A stretch of DNA of 64,000 nucleotides from Antedon mediterranea (GCF_964355755.1 NC_092676.1:25376871-25440870); one strand, 5' to 3'; shown: positions 36,715-60,533, counted from the first letter of the stretch. The notes: generated by a model not told the origin, from the letters alone. Numbers and translations: made by a program.

Positions 36715-39700
36715 ATGAATTACCAATCAAACCAGATCATGATGGAATCCTCTAAATCAGCTGCTGCCCCCGAGGGCATTGCCGGTGCCAGAAACGAAAC
36801 TGCTCTTCTTGAGCTTATGGAGAGCACCGGCTACAACATAATTCAAGAAAATGGTCAGAGGAAATTCGGTGGACCACCTCCTGATTGGGGAGCAGATGTT
36901 CCAACTCCCTCAAAAGGTTGCGAAGTATTTGTGGGTAAGATCCCCCGTGATTTATTTGAAGATGAACTTGTGCCAGTTTTCATGAAAATTGGTAGAATTT
37001 ATGAACTTCGATTGATGATGGATTTCAGTGGAAACAACCGTGGTTATGCATTTGTCATGTTCACAAACAAAGAAGATGCTAAGAAAGCCATCAAGCAATT
37101 AAATAATTATGAAATTAGAAAAGGTCGATATCTTGGTGTTTGTGGTAGTGTAGATAACTGTCGCTTATTTGTTGGCGGAATACCAAAGAATAAAAAGCGT
37201 GAAGAAATCTTATCCGAAATGAAGAAAGTAACTGAAGATGTCGTTGATGTTATCGTCTATCCAAGTGCTGTAGACAAGACAAAAAATCGGGGATTTGCTT
37301 TCGTAGAATACGAGAACCATAGAGCTGCAGCAATGGCCAGAAGAAAGCTGATACCTGGAAGAATTCAACTTTGGGGACATCAAATCATGGTGGATTGGGC
37401 AGAACCAGAACAGGATGTCGATGAGGATATCATGAGAACGGTAACCATTTTATTAATACTTCATGATTTTGTACTAGGCCTAGTGTATTATTTCGCTACC
37501 CCTATTGAATTGAATTGAAATTTATATTTATACTGGGTAACCTCTTCAGTCAAAGACTGGTCTCCCAGAGGGCCCAGTTGGTGATCAGTGGCTGTGATGT
37601 ACTAATACACCGGGGTAAGTAAGTAAGTAAGTAATATTTATTGCTTTCCAAATACAGTACAAATAAATAAAACAGAATAATGTAAATGAAATAAAAAGAG
37701 AAACATTAAATATAAAAATACAAGACTAGACAAGAAAATAAGCATGGAAAGCAGGGGATGGCCTTAAAGCCCAGAGGTACTAGGTTCTTTAAAGTGCACA
37801 CGAGTTAGATGTGTACACTGGCCCTACGGTTTATAGTCCTTATCCGAGAAGACTCGTTCTACCACCAGAACCATGGAGTGAGTGAGCCTCGAACCCCTGC
37901 CGATGTTATGGCTACGTGATTACGGTTCCACTGTCTTAACCGCTCGGCCACTCACTCACTTAGGCAGGCTATGTTGCATGATTTTCAGTGTTCACTAAAA
38001 AAAATGCAATGAATAGGCCTACCTACACTCATTTTCATATGAGGTTAGTGCAGTGCTTTTAAATGGTACTTATTTGAATGGTCTTGCCTTAATTAAAATA
38101 TATGGGATGGTCGAATAAAAAACTTATTTCAAATGAATTATTAGTTACAATTTCATAAAAGATAGTGCCCCAAGATTTAAAAACACCAATAGTTCCTAAG
38201 GACAATTTAGTTTGTTTTGTTTGTAACCCCATATTAAGAATTACCATAAATAATCTTTAATACTTTACCGATTCATTGCCGTCTATTGAACTTTAACAAA
38301 AGGTAGTTAAACACTCAAAATCTTAATGTGGTTTCACACAGCAAACACAGAACAGGTATGACAACATGTTGAATTGCAACATCAGCCATTATTAATTTCA
38401 AACTTTTCACATGTGGTTTCAGCAACAATGTTTATTTACTAAAATTAGGATTAACTACAATCTATTCAATTATCTTTTGTTGTAATTATAAATATCGGCT
38501 ATGTCTAACCACATCTAAGATACTGTAAACCACAAATGAAAGAACAACTTTTACACACTATTTATGCACCACCAATTAGATTTCAGTTTCAACATTTTAT
38601 TTCTTGGAAATTCATATTCTGATCAGAATATTATACAATGTTCACCAAATGTAATTATTTTGTTATTTAATAATTAATTACAAATATGGTTAGACGTAGT
38701 AAACTATAATTTTGTACTAATAACAACCTTTACTCTACAACTCACTAAATCAGTCTGACCTCTGGTTTTACTGGGCTAAACCATCATCTTTTTTTTTTTT
38801 GTGGATGAAATCAAGTACACAATCTAAAGGAATTACTTTAATCGTTAACTAAATGTGATTTGAATTTTGAAAAGGTTTCTTTTGGGAATAATATGATTAA
38901 TTAAAAAAATATAAATATTTACAAGCCTAAGGAAAAAAATCTAAATCTCGACATCAAACATACACATTTTTTTTATTATAGTCTTTATTAATAATAGTAT
39001 AATATTTATTAAAAATATAAATATCTTCAAAGAAGAAAACAAATCTAAATCTGTTAATTATACTTGTATAATCTAAATATTTATTTATGTATTGATTAAA
39101 TTTCAAACTACTGCTATTTTTTTTGTATTAAATTATAGATTTTCATGTATTGCTCAAACCATTTTTAGACAAACAGTGAACTTCTATTATTAATCAACCA
39201 TGCCATACATTTTCTATTATTATGCTATAAAATGTTATATTTTAAAATGAAATTTTTCTCTGTCATTTACATCTGCATGTGTTTCGGCATCGCTAAACCA
39301 TGGAGTAGTGTTGGTCTTAAACCAATTGCAAACAAACTTGAATCGTTCCTTTATTTACATAGAGTGGTTGTTATACAAGTGTTTAGCATTTATAGACAGG
39401 ATTTATGGTGACTAATGCAGTATTAGCAAGATATTTGAATGTTAATAGGTTAACCTGAAATGTAAATTCATTTCTCTATTGAGAAATAAATTTAATAATT
39501 ATAATATTAATCAAATGTAATTAATACATTTTTAAATATATAAAGTAAATATTCAGTTTTACCAAACGTCATATTTAAAATAAGAACATTTTAGGGGAAA
39601 AAAGTATTGTCCCCAAAAAACATAAAAGATGAAAAGTAATCAAATCATTGCATATTCAACAAAAACATTTGAAAAGAAAAAATATTTTTTCAGGGAACAA

Positions 39701-42700
39701 TATTGATATATTGATATTTATTTTATTTCATTTCAAGAAAACAAAATAAATTATATATTATGATCTTTAATCATCTGGAAAACTAACATTTAAAGTACAA
39801 CATTTTTTTATTAATTATATATTTTGTTGGTAGATTTAGCTTTAAACATCAAACACTTTACTTACTAGTAGACCCGAGTGAGGTCACTTATTGTGGGAGG
39901 TTTAATTGATAATCAACATGAGAGATAAAATATGCCATTTATCATGATATCTTTATAGCAGAACAAACAAATATATTTGCTAATCAGATGGAAAGAGTAT
40001 ACCACTATTAAATATGTTACAGATTATCCAATAAGGGCCAAAGTACAAACGCATGTTGTACATGTGGCACTAGTATTGAAACTAGCCGAAATATGGTTAA
40101 TTATAAATGGAACAAAAATTAATTTAACATCAAAATGTCAATCAAATGATAATTAATGATGATTTAATTTTTTTTTATATATTTTCATATTAAACTTTAT
40201 ACTTATTACAAAACATTTTATAATTAGTTAAACAAAATAATACCCGTAAATAAATTTATATAATTTGCCACCCTATCAAAATGTATTAAATCCTTTAAAC
40301 AGCTAAAATAAACTAAAATATTCTGCCACGTAGATGCTTAGTGTTATAGTCTGTTTAATTTATTTAAATTTGTTGCTTTTTTTTAGGTTAAAATTTTATA
40401 TGTGAGAAACCTAATGTTAAACACAACAGAAGAAACACTCGAAAAGGAGTTCAATAGAAACAAGGAGGGATCGGTGGAAAGGGTAAAGAAACTCAGGGAT
40501 TTTGCATTTGTTCACTTCAGAACAAGAGAAGACGCTTTAGAAACCTTAGACTCTATGAATGGTTAGTATATTAAATATCTATTTGGTTTACATTTATTTT
40601 AAATCAAACTTTGCATATATATATTAACCTACAGCATTGCATTAATTATTATATTATGCCAAGTTAATTTGTTTCCACTTAAATAAAAGCTTGTAGTATT
40701 GCGTTGCGGTTATGCATCATTTTGTAAACGGTTTTTCATACTCACGGATAGCTCATTGAAAAAAAGTATGAATATAGAAGAGCCTGTACTTCTAAAGAGT
40801 TATTTATAATTTGGTGAATATTTAATAATAGGTGAATTTATTGATGGATCCCAAATTGAAGTAGTTCTTGCTAAACCAGTTGATCGTAACAACTTTCAAC
40901 AACGCATGACACGGGGAACAGTTCGAAGTGCCTACAATCAAAACCAGGGATACAATTCAAACATTGCACCTTACTATGAAGCCCATCAAGCCTATGCTCC
41001 AGTCAATGCAGGACCTCCTCAACACCAACCATATCAACCACAACTTCAATACACTAAGTAAGTGAATATTCCAAATTGTTTGATCCAAACCATATTAAAA
41101 ACTGTCTATTTCATGCCTAAATCGGCTACCTGTTCTCTCCCAGTGGAGAGCCATGGTAGAAGAAGATAAGTTCATTGAGCATTTTGTCTATTTGATGTCC
41201 GAAATATTGATGTAAAAAAGAACCAGTGTTCTCTTTATAGATAAAACATATTAAAGTAAACGTTTTTTACACAGCTATGCAGCTAGGGGAGCCACATACA
41301 CCAACGTTCCTAAGGTAGCAACTGGCGGTACAAGAGGAAGGGGTCGTGGGGCAGCAGGTATGCGTGGTGCTGGTGGTACCAGAGCTTATGGTTATGTCGG
41401 AAGAGGTGGATACAGATTTGATAAAAAACCACAAGAGGTAAACATTTTAATATTCGTAGAATATTAATTTAATAAATATTTTTTGAAGCTAATAAAAGTT
41501 AATTCATTTTTCATTTAACAATATAATATAATTATAACATTAACTAGCAAATATTTTGGTATATATATTTATTTTCGTTATTATTACAAATAGCTAATCT
41601 AATTATAAAACTGTATGCCTATCATAAGCCCCTTTCATACAGAGCTGTAAGACGGTAATATTGCGGTAATTCGCGAACGCCGGCTTATGTGTGAAAGGGT
41701 AAAAACCCCTTAATGCCGGCTTCCGTTAGACCGCCTCTGGACCTAGTAAAATTGCGGTAATATTACCGTCACGGTCGTAAGCCTTATCTGTGTGAAAGAG
41801 TCCACGATATAACGCCTGCTTACGCAGTGAAGCAAGGATAAATTCGGGACATTTTCCTTGATTGAGAAAGACTGTGGCAATTACTTTAGGCCAAATTATT
41901 AGATTATATCCATTATATATATATATTTTTAGGTTAGTTTGTAAATAATACAATGGAAGAATACGGCCAATAATAATAAAAATATAACAGGTCCAAAGAT
42001 TATTTAACTTGCTGTAACGTATGTAAGCCTAGGCCCTAGTTAGCATAGTTCTAGCAGGAACATCCTCCGGCGGTGCGCGCTCCCGGTGCTAGCTCATAAC
42101 AGCTTCTGATAATTAAATTCGCGTCTATTTGTAGGCCTAATAGATTTTGTTTCTGTAGAATGGCCATCACGATCGGGCAGTTATTAGCACGGAGTGGTGT
42201 TGGGCAAAAATATAGATTTTATGCATCGTAAATAAAAAAAACTTAACGACGGACACAAAACAACATCAGCAAACATGTGCGCGCATGGCATGTTTTGTCG
42301 CCGGCGGCAGGTGCCCGCCATTTTTTTTCTCAAAAAGTGCGACCTCTATTTTATGAAGACCGTAATCTTTAAAATTGCGCCTTTCCACTGTGGCCTTTCA
42401 CACAGAAGACGGTAAAATTACCGTAATATTACCTTCTGTGTGAATGGGTTTAGACCGGCAATAACGCCGGCTTGCTTACCGCAATATTGCCGAAGTTCTG
42501 TGTGAAAAGGCCTATACAGTAACATAGGGCCTATATTGTAATATTAATAATGACTCCCACTAAATTGTAGTAGTGAAATTTATGCTTTGTGATAACAAGT
42601 TCGTCCATACTTGCTTTTTTTAACTTAACGCTATCTAGCTTTTACTTAATGATAATTTAAAATAAAATTGATTACCCTTTACAATTTGTCTCCTTTTTTC

Positions 42701-45700
42701 TTTTATTTGCCCAAAAATAAATCAAATGGTAAACATGAATAAAATATTTACTTTTTTTTTTACTTTAAAAAGAGAAAATATATAATTAGCATAGTACTAC
42801 TATGTCAAGTTTGGCTAAATACTTTATCTATTAATATTATTTTAACCTTTGTGTATGAGTTATTTTGCATTGTTTTTAGTTAACCTCTACTAATACATTG
42901 TTTACATTGTGTATGCTACTTAGCCAAGAGTTTTTGATATTATGCCTGGCATGCAGCTGACTCCTACCAATCCAGTAACATTGAAGCCTGAAAAATCTAC
43001 TTTACAGGTACTATCTACGTGTGGACACAACCTATAGCACTTCACTTAACTTCCATCTACTTTGTAAATTGTTCCATAGTTCCTATAAAGCTCTGTCTAC
43101 ACTATCAAACTTTTTATGTGACAACAAAATGTGATGATGTTATATCATTACCATATTTGGGGACATCACACTTTTTTCGTCAAAATAGTTTGATAGTGTA
43201 AAGCTTAAGTGAGGTTTTCGTTTCGGGACAGTAGACGAAGAAGATGGTAATTTAACATCTTCTTTCTCTACCGCCACTAAACAAAAGCTTGGCCAGAGTA
43301 TCTCCGCTATATCATGCATGCCATAGTTTTATAAATAAACCACCAATAACAATTTTGTACTCTGTATCTTTACTTTTATTTTTTTCATTAATTTTGCATG
43401 TGTCTGTTTTAATCATTCACTAACTATTATATAATATTATTATATTAATACAATGGCTACAGTACATTGTGTTATATATCTTACTCAATTTTATATTCTT
43501 TTACATTTAGATTACATTTTTATATTTGATGTTCTTGTGTGCAATTGTTCATAAATTTTATATAGTTAAATTTTTGTATTTTCTATGTACATACATTAAA
43601 TTTAATCTTAAATTTGTTTTTTTAATAACCACAATAATAAATGAAATTGTAGTTAATCATATACTGATGTTTTTCTTGCAATTTTCTTATTTATAGGTAC
43701 TTGAAGAATATTGCATGAAAAGCAATTATGGTTCTCCAACATATACCCTCCTTTCCACAACAGGCCAGGATGAGGTCCAAAGATTTGTATTTAAAGTAAA
43801 TATTTTAAACAAATTATTCTTTGGGCATAATTAAAGCTAAAGTAGGAGTGGGGTTTATACAGAGTTACTATGTCAGTACAATACTGTATTCGACCTAATA
43901 TAATCCCATGCACATAATTTAAAGCTCTGTCTACACTATCAAACTAGTTTGACAAAAAAAAGTGTCATGTTCAAATATGGTAGTGATATGGCATCATCAT
44001 GTCCATATGAGGCATATCACATTTGTCGCATAAAGATGGGATGCATTATACAAGGTGAAATAGGATATATTTGTGGACCATCCCTTGTGTTTTCTCACAT
44101 AAATAAATGTCAATTTAATCTTGCACTTTGTTATTTCCCATCATAGGTAACAATTCCAGCTCTTCAACCACATTTCCCACAGGGAATAACACCTACTAAA
44201 ATATGTGAATCTGTGGAAATTGCCAAGAAATTAGCTGCAGAATTTGCTTGTTTGCAACTAGGAGTTCCAGTTCCAGAAAGTATGTTTTAATCCATTATGG
44301 TTTGTGATATAGAATGCGTCTTGAAGTTTCTAGAATATTTAGGCTTTTTCATGAGGTAAAACAATAGTAAATGTTCTACAAAACGGTGCTTATGGTTATT
44401 GTCATTGTCAATATTACTATGCCATATTTTATGTTTTAAAAAAATGTGGGGGTGGGGTGGTTGTGTAAGTACTATGTGGATCTAATTGTATTAAAAACGG
44501 TGATTTTATCTCAATTGTTCAACTCAATCTTTATTGCTAAATATTTTACCTTATGAAAATTACCTAAATGTGTCTCAGTTCTTTTTAATGTTTAAAGATG
44601 TATTGTCTCCCAAAAACATGAAAAATGAAGATTAATAAAATCAGACTTTGAATAGTCCATTTTGCAGGTTTTTATGGGTGTTTTTGCAAGCTAACTTCTA
44701 TAAAAAAAAAACAATTCATTTGTTCACTTATAAAATATAATAAAATAAATGGTTAAATTCAACCAAAAACCCATTGTCTGGCAGCCAATTTAATAAATAT
44801 TATGTGAAATTAAAATGGCATATTCAACAACAAATTTGGAAGGGAAAAACAATTTTTTTTAGGGGGACAATATATCTTTAATGTAGAACACGTTCTTGTT
44901 TCATCCAAAATAGTTGAATACATTTCATAGTATGCTTTCCGTACATGTCATGCCGCCAGTTGCATTTCATTCATGTTTTCCAAATACCAGACTGCTTTAT
45001 AACACTGCTCCTCAAATATTTGTGATTACCCTCTGTTTAGGTAGGCCTGTTGGCAAACAAATTTGCTTAAGCCATGCAAAGTCAAAAGCGAGTAGATAAG
45101 AGTTGAAGTAATGTTTTAAGTATGATAATTCTCCAAAATAAAGATAATTTTATGTTCCTTTGAAGAAATTTTATGGCTAGTTCAATTCTGGTCAGCTCTA
45201 GGAATATTTATAGTATATTTTTTAACTCAGATTTTAGCAAAATACTGTGATTTTTCTGATGCAAAATTTAAACTAAATATAATCATTTAGACAATATCGA
45301 TAAATAGATAAATATTTTCTATATAAAATAAATGAAATGTAAACAGTTTTTAACCTAGAACTATAGGATAACCATCTATGCTGACTTTGATAAAATAATA
45401 TTTTAAAATCCAATCAAATGACGTCATGATTAGTACGGGAAATAATATTGTGACAATACAATGATTTCGGATCATGACGTCATTTGATTGGATTTTAAAC
45501 AATATTATTCAGCATAAATTGTTATCATATAGTTCAAGCATAAAAGCTTTTCTAATTTCTTGTGTTTTATGTGAGAAAAATGTATGTTTACCTTTTTTAT
45601 CATTATCGTCCTAATGTAAATGGGCCTTTAACTTGGTATTACATTTTGACTTTGAATGGCTCTTAAATTGCAGGCGGTGAGTCCCCCAGCACAACGCCTG

Positions 45701-46373
45701 TGCTCAGTTCACCCGCATCACCACCAGTTTATCAAGCACCTCCACCCATGGGGCCTGGCTACACCATGGTGACCAATGCACATGCGGCTAATGAAGCCCT
45801 ACATCCTTCTGCTACATTTGTTAATGTACCCATGACTACAACACCAACCATTGTCACTCACCAACCAGGAGTCATTCAAGGTAAGACTCGACTCTATCCT
45901 TGTCTTTCATATCAAACATGCTTATTATTGTCACATCATATATATCACATTCTTACCTCTTCATAATTGTGTTAAATGTTTTCTTATTTTCGGTTATTTT
46001 CATATATATCTATGTCCTATATAAGTGTTTTTGTTTTTGCTGAATCGTCTGGTGTTACCTGCCCCTCTTGAACATGTTGAGCTCTGTCTACACTATCAAA
46101 CTTTATGTGACAAAAAGTGTGATGTGCTCATATATGGACATGATGATGTCATATCACTAGCATATTTGGGTATATCACTACAATATTTAGGTATATCACT
46201 ACCATGTTTAAGCACATCATACTTATTTTGTCAAACTAGTTTGATAGTGTAGACAGAGCTTTAGACTGTCGGACTACCTCATGCAATCAACATCTAATAT
46301 GTAGAGAAATAGTTGTATCATGTCATTTAAATATTAACTGAATTATAACTATTTTCTTACAGCTGTGTGGTAG
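36715..46373 (+). CDS. A1CF: APOBEC1 complementation factor / RBM47-family RNA-binding protein (3 RRMs + dsRBD-like). Exons 36715-37440, 40387-40561, 40832-41057, 41275-41437, 42924-43007, 43697-43795, 44147-44279, 45674-45880, 46363-46373 (last exon tentative)
   Basis: [58 protein letters not shown]; [19 protein letters not shown] and QVLEEYC...VFKVTIPAL resemble the A1CF C-terminal region. Confidence 0.9.
37531..37960 (-). mobile_element. Deu/Nin-like SINE copy with internal AT-rich insertion
   Basis: Homologous to 6809-7143. Confidence 0.65.
41627..42513. mobile_element. PIF/Harbinger-like MITE, 3-bp target duplication (ata)
   Basis: TIR agcccctttcatacaga / tctgtgtgaaaaggcct, repeated ttcacaca/tgtgaaa subterminal motifs. 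Confidence 0.7.
44596..44877 (+). mobile_element. TTAA-targeting (Kolobok-like) MITE
   Basis: ttaa|agatgtattgtc...ggacaatatatct|ttaa. Confidence 0.8.
45360..45533. repeat. Palindromic MITE-like inverted repeat
   Basis: taaaatccaatcaaatgacgtcatgat / atcatgacgtcatttgattggatttta arms. Confidence 0.65.
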
Positions 46374-46476
46374 AAGTTGAACACTGATCATGTGGTAAAA
46401 AAAAAAATTATCAACAACAATTCTCAGACAGTGGTTATTATAGCGATAAATTTAAACACAGATTTCCTTTTTCATA

Positions 46477-47353
46477 GGCCCCGTTTCTGCTGCCAAAAAT
46501 ATACCGTATATATACGGTATATTTTATATACGGTATATTTTTTGGCAGCAGAAATGGGTCTCATAAAAAATATACCGTATATATATGCGGTATATATACC
46601 GTATAAATATCCCCATCGTTTGTGGATATTATACGGTATATTCCAAAATATACCGTATATTTCGTACCCCATTTCTGCTGCACTCAAAATATACCGTAAA
46701 TGTGACCCGACTCGTGACACGAGGTCAAAAACTAACAGAGCGCGACGCGTTTGTTTTGGTTTTTCTGCTGCATTGAAAGTTGAAACACACGTGTAAAAGC
46801 AAGCAACAGATCAAAATGTCACTGTGGACCGAACAAATCACTTTTTTTGCAATTCAATTGTGGGGGGAAGCGAAGGTTGGGGGGGAGACTGCATGGCAAC
46901 AGAAGAGATACCGAGATTTTAATTACCATAAATCGAATGTTCTTACACGACAACAACGTGATGTAAAATCATGGTAAAATACTGTATAATAGAAAATGGA
47001 AATTAAAACGGCAATATAGGATAATATAGCATAATATAAACTCAATTTGAATAACAGAGTTTATTTATAGTGACATTTCTAGATTGTGCTTGTATGTGCG
47101 GTGTAAATTCGTTGCCACTTCTGCTCATTAGATTTAAAATAGAAAGCAATGCTGTCATGTAACCTCACTACACGAGACTCTAGGTCAATCCATACTTCCG
47201 TCTCACGAAATGCATTTTGGGTAATGAAAGCCAACTTTTTTACAACCCACCCACGAAGTATGTGCAGCGGAAACGGTGCACGAATTTCATATACGGTATA
47301 TTTATACGGTATATTTATACGGTATATTTTGGGTTGGCAGCAGAAACGGGCCC
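46477..47353. mobile_element. PIF/Harbinger-like MITE, ata target duplication
   Basis: TIR ggccccgtttctgctgcca / tggcagcagaaacgggccc; internal ataccgtat repeats. Confidence 0.75.
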
Positions 47354-47669
47354 ATAGAGATTATATAGATATTCCTAATACTACAAATTGTGCTATATTT
47401 GCAGTATACTAAGCTCAGTATTCATCATTCATTTAATAATACAGTCAACGCCTTACTCTTTCACAGTGTTTGCTATATAAGGAGCTTTTGATTTCAAAAC
47501 AACATTTTAATATGTGGAAGTACTTTTGTTGAGGTTCTTTTTTGTCAAGTCGTTTGACCAAATTTGGTTGTTTCTAGGTCCAGACGAAAACTTGCAATCT
47601 GTTATTACATACATACGTATTTTAACTTTTTTGGGTGTATATACACTAATAATACAATGCATAATTTAA

Positions 47670-48019
47670 AGATGTATTGTCCCCCAAAAACATGAAAAAT
47701 GAAGATTAATTAAATCAGACTTTGAATATGTTATTTTGTAGTTTAAATAAAGTTATCACTTTCATAGAAAAAAAAACAAACAAAATAATATTTTCACTTG
47801 TAAAATGACAAATTAAATGGTTAAATTCAACCAAAAATCCATTGGCTGGCAGCCAATTTGACCGTGTTTTGCTGACAATTACATTGTTCTTTTTTTAGGT
47901 AAATACATTTTTTTTCGATCCAATCTTTGATTAAAGTGGATAACTATTATGTTACATTACAATGGACTATTCAACAACAAAATTGTTAAGAATTATTTTT
48001 TCAGGGGGACAATACATCT
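47670..48019 (+). mobile_element. TTAA-targeting (Kolobok-like) MITE
   Basis: ttaa|agatgtattgtcccc...ggggacaatacatct|ttaa. Confidence 0.85.
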
Positions 48020-51000
48020 TTAAAGCCTCTCTCCACCCACCCAGGTGTACAACTGGATACCTGATAACTAGCTGCATTATGGGAATATGTTTCCATATGG
48101 GGAATGTTTCAAGGGAAAAATGGCAAAAAGCTTCCTACTTTCTAGGATTTTTATCAGATAATCTATATTGTTTTGACAACTCTTTAACATGACCACAGTG
48201 CTGATTTTGCCATTTTCCCGCTAACTTTACTGTAGAGGTTTCACAACATTAGGCACTTTATAAATCCAGAATATTAATTATTATGTTATCACAAATCAAT
48301 GCTCCAATCAGTTATGAGAAGGTTGACTGTATTATTACATAACATGAAAAGAAGATTAGACTCCAATGAACTATAAAAGCTAACAGCATGGCTGGTAATC
48401 CAGTCTTAGATTTTTAGTTTTATATAAATATATATATTATATGATTTACAATTATGTATTCTTTCCTTTCATAGCTGAAAGGTTAGGCAATTTTCCAATA
48501 ACCATCTATAAAATGATAATTTAAAATATTGCTTTAAAACTAATATATTCAACTATATACCATGTACTATTTCTTGATTTAAATTTTCAAGAAAAAATCT
48601 AATATTTGACGTTTTAATTGTTGTTGATTGAATTTAGAAGTTGAGATTTGGCTTTTGCCGGTGATATTTTACCAAAAAATGTTACAATGTTGAGATTATG
48701 ATGTAGTTAAATGTTACTGTTATAGACATTTAAATTATGAATACCGGTGTTTTTTTGTATACATCTCATCATTTTAGTTTGAATTTGATTTTCTTTTACT
48801 TACTTGCGTTGTATCATTTTTTTTTTTTTTTTAGATCTTTTACGAAATACTTAACATTTAAACTGTAATTCATGTTATGATTGAATCAAATACATTCATG
48901 CTTTTCATGCCAGTTTTTAAACGGTAGGAATATTAGCAAAACAAAAACAAAACATGCATGCAAGCAAAGGTGAATATGATATACATAAAATGCTGTTTTA
49001 AGCATGCCATCCCAAATTAAAGACCACTAAGTTCATAAGCTCTGTCTACACTATCATTGTAATATGCCCAAATATGGTAGTGATATGACATCATCATGTC
49101 CATATATGGGCACATAACATTTTTTCTCACATAAAGTTTGATAATGTTAACAGAGCTTTAGATAAATTCTTCAGTTTCTCTTAAATATTTCTGAAATCAT
49201 GCTTTGAATGAAAAGTATAAAGATAACTGTAAAATGCTTTATCATTTTTTTTTTACTTTACTTATTCATGTTATATGTTTAAGTTTTTTTCTGTACGCCA
49301 GTTGCGCTATTTACAAGGTCAAGGTTCAAATACCAGGATAAAATGTTGTATTTCATCAGTATTATTTTTTTGCCATTTCATAATACTGTCTAGATCTCCA
49401 AAATGAGAAAAACACAGTATAAAAATAAATGTATTTAAACGTCTCAAACGTTCATATTGGTAGAGGTACACAGGTGTTATAGTGTTTGCTTGTACAGTGT
49501 TACACAGTATTGAGCCTTTGACAATTTCATTATATTTTTCAAACTGTTTTCTTCGTTGTTTAGTTTAAATATTAGTTTTATAGCTCAGCTTATAGTATAT
49601 ATTTGATCCATTTTGTTGTTTATATTTTTTCCTAGATATATGTAGTCGTACATAGTAAGTGTTTTTATTATTTTAATAAGGTAGTCATATCTTTATTTCT
49701 ATTTTAAAACATTTTAACAGCTTTTGTTATGTAGTAGTAGGCCTATATCACTCGTTTCACATTGTCTTTTAGTAGAGCCTGTTGCTAAACTGTACAGAGA
49801 AAAACTATTATTTTATAAACATTTTCGGGGTGTGTTACTCCTGGTATTTTTATACATTCGAGTTTTAAAAAGGGCTCTGATAAAATTAACAGTGTGTAAT
49901 GTAAAGTGTGCACTATTAATTAATTAGTAAATTTGATACTATTCAGATTGTATGTATATGCTAATATTGAAACACTGTATAACTTTTAATAGTAGCCAAC
50001 TATAAGCCCATGGTCTTATTCATAGTTACCATACTTTACTGGTAACTCTCAATCGTACTTAATTGAATTAACCACCGATTGTAATTGTAAAGACAACCAC
50101 TATTAAAAGTTATACAGTTAATATATTGAGTATAAAAATAACTGGAAGATTCCATTATGTTCCACATGAACTTTTAGTACAGTGTCGGAAAATCTATTAA
50201 AACACTGTATTTAAACAATTATCCAATCAACTATACAATATTATATTATACTTTGTATTAAAGGTACGTACAATTAGTATATATATTAAGCATTTTACAG
50301 AGGCTGCATTTTCTATTTTGGGTACTATTTATGCTGTGCTGCTAGATAGCAGCTATACGTTTTAAATAATAATTGCTTTATAATGCATTTGATTTTTTAA
50401 AAGTTTTACCCAATTAGAAACTTAAGTATTTACTAATGTTACATAATCCTCAATATATGGAAGTATTGCTGGTTATATTATAAACAATCTAACTAATTAA
50501 TTAATATAGCAATTCTTACATTAAAATCAACTATAAAGTTTTACAGTTAAACACAAGAAACAATGCAACAAAACGTTTATTTTTGCACATTTGGTATCCA
50601 TATTGTGTTCCAAAATATCAATTGATTATCTATATCTGGTGCTGCATATATTTGAAATCTTATTTGAATTTTTAACAAACAAATATTTTAAAGTAAGTTT
50701 TTATGAGTTTTATACATTCAACCAAAATATTTCTCTTTAGAATGTCGACATCTCAAGATATTTAACTTTAAAATAAGGTTACTGCATGTCATTGTCAGTC
50801 AATGATTTTTACCAGCACTTCTTGCACAAGGACACTAGTCTTAACAATGTCAAAACAGACAGATGATGTGTTACATGATCTTTCTGGTCAAAATACAATA
50901 AGAATTCTCATAAATTCTTTGACATTTATCTTTTTCTCATGGATTCTAATATATACAGTTTTTATTGTAAACGGCCCAGTTTCAAATACAGTCTTGTGAT

Positions 51001-51624
51001 GTGGTTAGAGTTAGATAACGTACTCGTGACCGCGTTAAACTAGCAACCCTAAATGAACTTAAAACGTTGAATTTATCGTGTTATTTGCTGATGCTTGGTA
51101 ATACAGGTATCTGCTATACTTAAATAAGGTTAAAAATACAATGCAATCGCGTACCAACGCCTCCCAATAATGGATACTGAAGTTGACAATATCGCTAGTG
51201 CAAACATGTTGATACAAACGTTAGCGTATGTGGAGATTTATATCATATATTCTGGTTACCTATTAATAAAATGCCTATTTACAAACTACCTAACCTTTGA
51301 ATGTTGTTGCTAGATAAGGTGTTGTCCAGGTATATTGTATAGACAAAGGTTATCGTTGTTTTGTGCGTTAAAGGTGTTAAAACTGTATAAATTACTACAC
51401 AGTTTTTTTGCTGTGTCAGGTTTGCGACAGTGTTCAGTTAATTTTTTTGTGAAATGATTTTAGATTTGAAGATTATATTAAATTGCTTCTCGATATTAAT
51501 ACACGTTGTGGAGTGTCTTTCTTTTTTATTGTGTCAATTGAAAAATATCGTCAGAATAAACGAAACGATTTCACGCACGTAGGCCTATACATAATACTTA
51601 GTAGAGAGTACGTAGGAAGTAAAC

Positions 51625-51970
51625 CACTCGACCATATGTTGTTACATTCAAAATGCGCGCGTTAGCCTAAAATATATGATGGGAAAGGTATATATAGCAT
51701 TTATGAGCACATGGATTGTGGGAAGGGGGATAAATGCACGCGGCCATGTGTTCAACATTCAAAATGCGCGCGTTGGCCTAAAATACATAATGCAAAAGTT
51801 ATAAATAGCATTATGATCACATGTATTGTGCGTGGGGGAAAGGGGATGAATGCACGCGACCATGTGTTCAACACTCAAAATGCGAGCGTTGGCCGCGCCT
51901 CCTATACATGATGGGAAAGTAGTATAAATAGCATTAAGATCACGTGGATTGTGCACGTGGGAAGGGGATG
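51625..51970. repeat. Degenerate tandem repeat, ~3 units of ~112-116 bp
   Basis: tcaaaatgcgcgcgtt...atgatgggaaag...atagcatt...ggattgtg...ggaagggga recurs at ~51646, ~51757 and ~51873. Confidence 0.7.
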
Positions 51971-52524
51971 GTGATGATTGCAAAAATGAAATGAAAGAAA
52001 TTGAAGATGAAATTTCCGTCGGTAAAATAAGTCTCGTGGTGGTGCATGGTATGGTACGCGCGTCTAAGAAGCATACTCCATGTGTCCCCCTCTCCACCTC
52101 TGCAACTACAAACCATATAGGATTAATATTTCATAATGGAATTGTGGGTGGGAGAAATATCTGGACAGTTAAAGTGTAATAAGCAATTGTTTGAATATTA
52201 TACAGTATTACTGTATTAAATTTTATTATATTTTTTGACATGTCATTGGTTGAAACTTGCAGCATAGAGAGGGCGACACACCGGATTTTAATTGATTTTG
52301 TCAATAGAGAGGCAGGAGGATGGATAGGATTGAAGGAGGCGTGGCGAGTTTATTTTAAGTACCGACTACCGGCGTTTTGTTTCGTCATCACACCGCCACA
52401 ACATACGTCACACAGTACACAAAATTGACTTACGACTTTTTGTCAGTCGGTTTTTTACACCTCATAAGAAACGAACGTTTATAAAATTAGTTTATCTTCA
52501 GACTTTAAAAACCCGTGCACCACT

Positions 52525-60506
<7,982 letters not shown>

Positions 60507-60533
60507 CTAGGATTTGCAAAACTATAATTTTAA

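Noticed and set aside
46377-47412. Tyr/Ile-rich ORFs on both strands, and most other short ORFs in the track
   Set aside because: They arise from palindromic MITE or AT-rich intronic sequence or are antisense shadows of real exons; no protein motifs.
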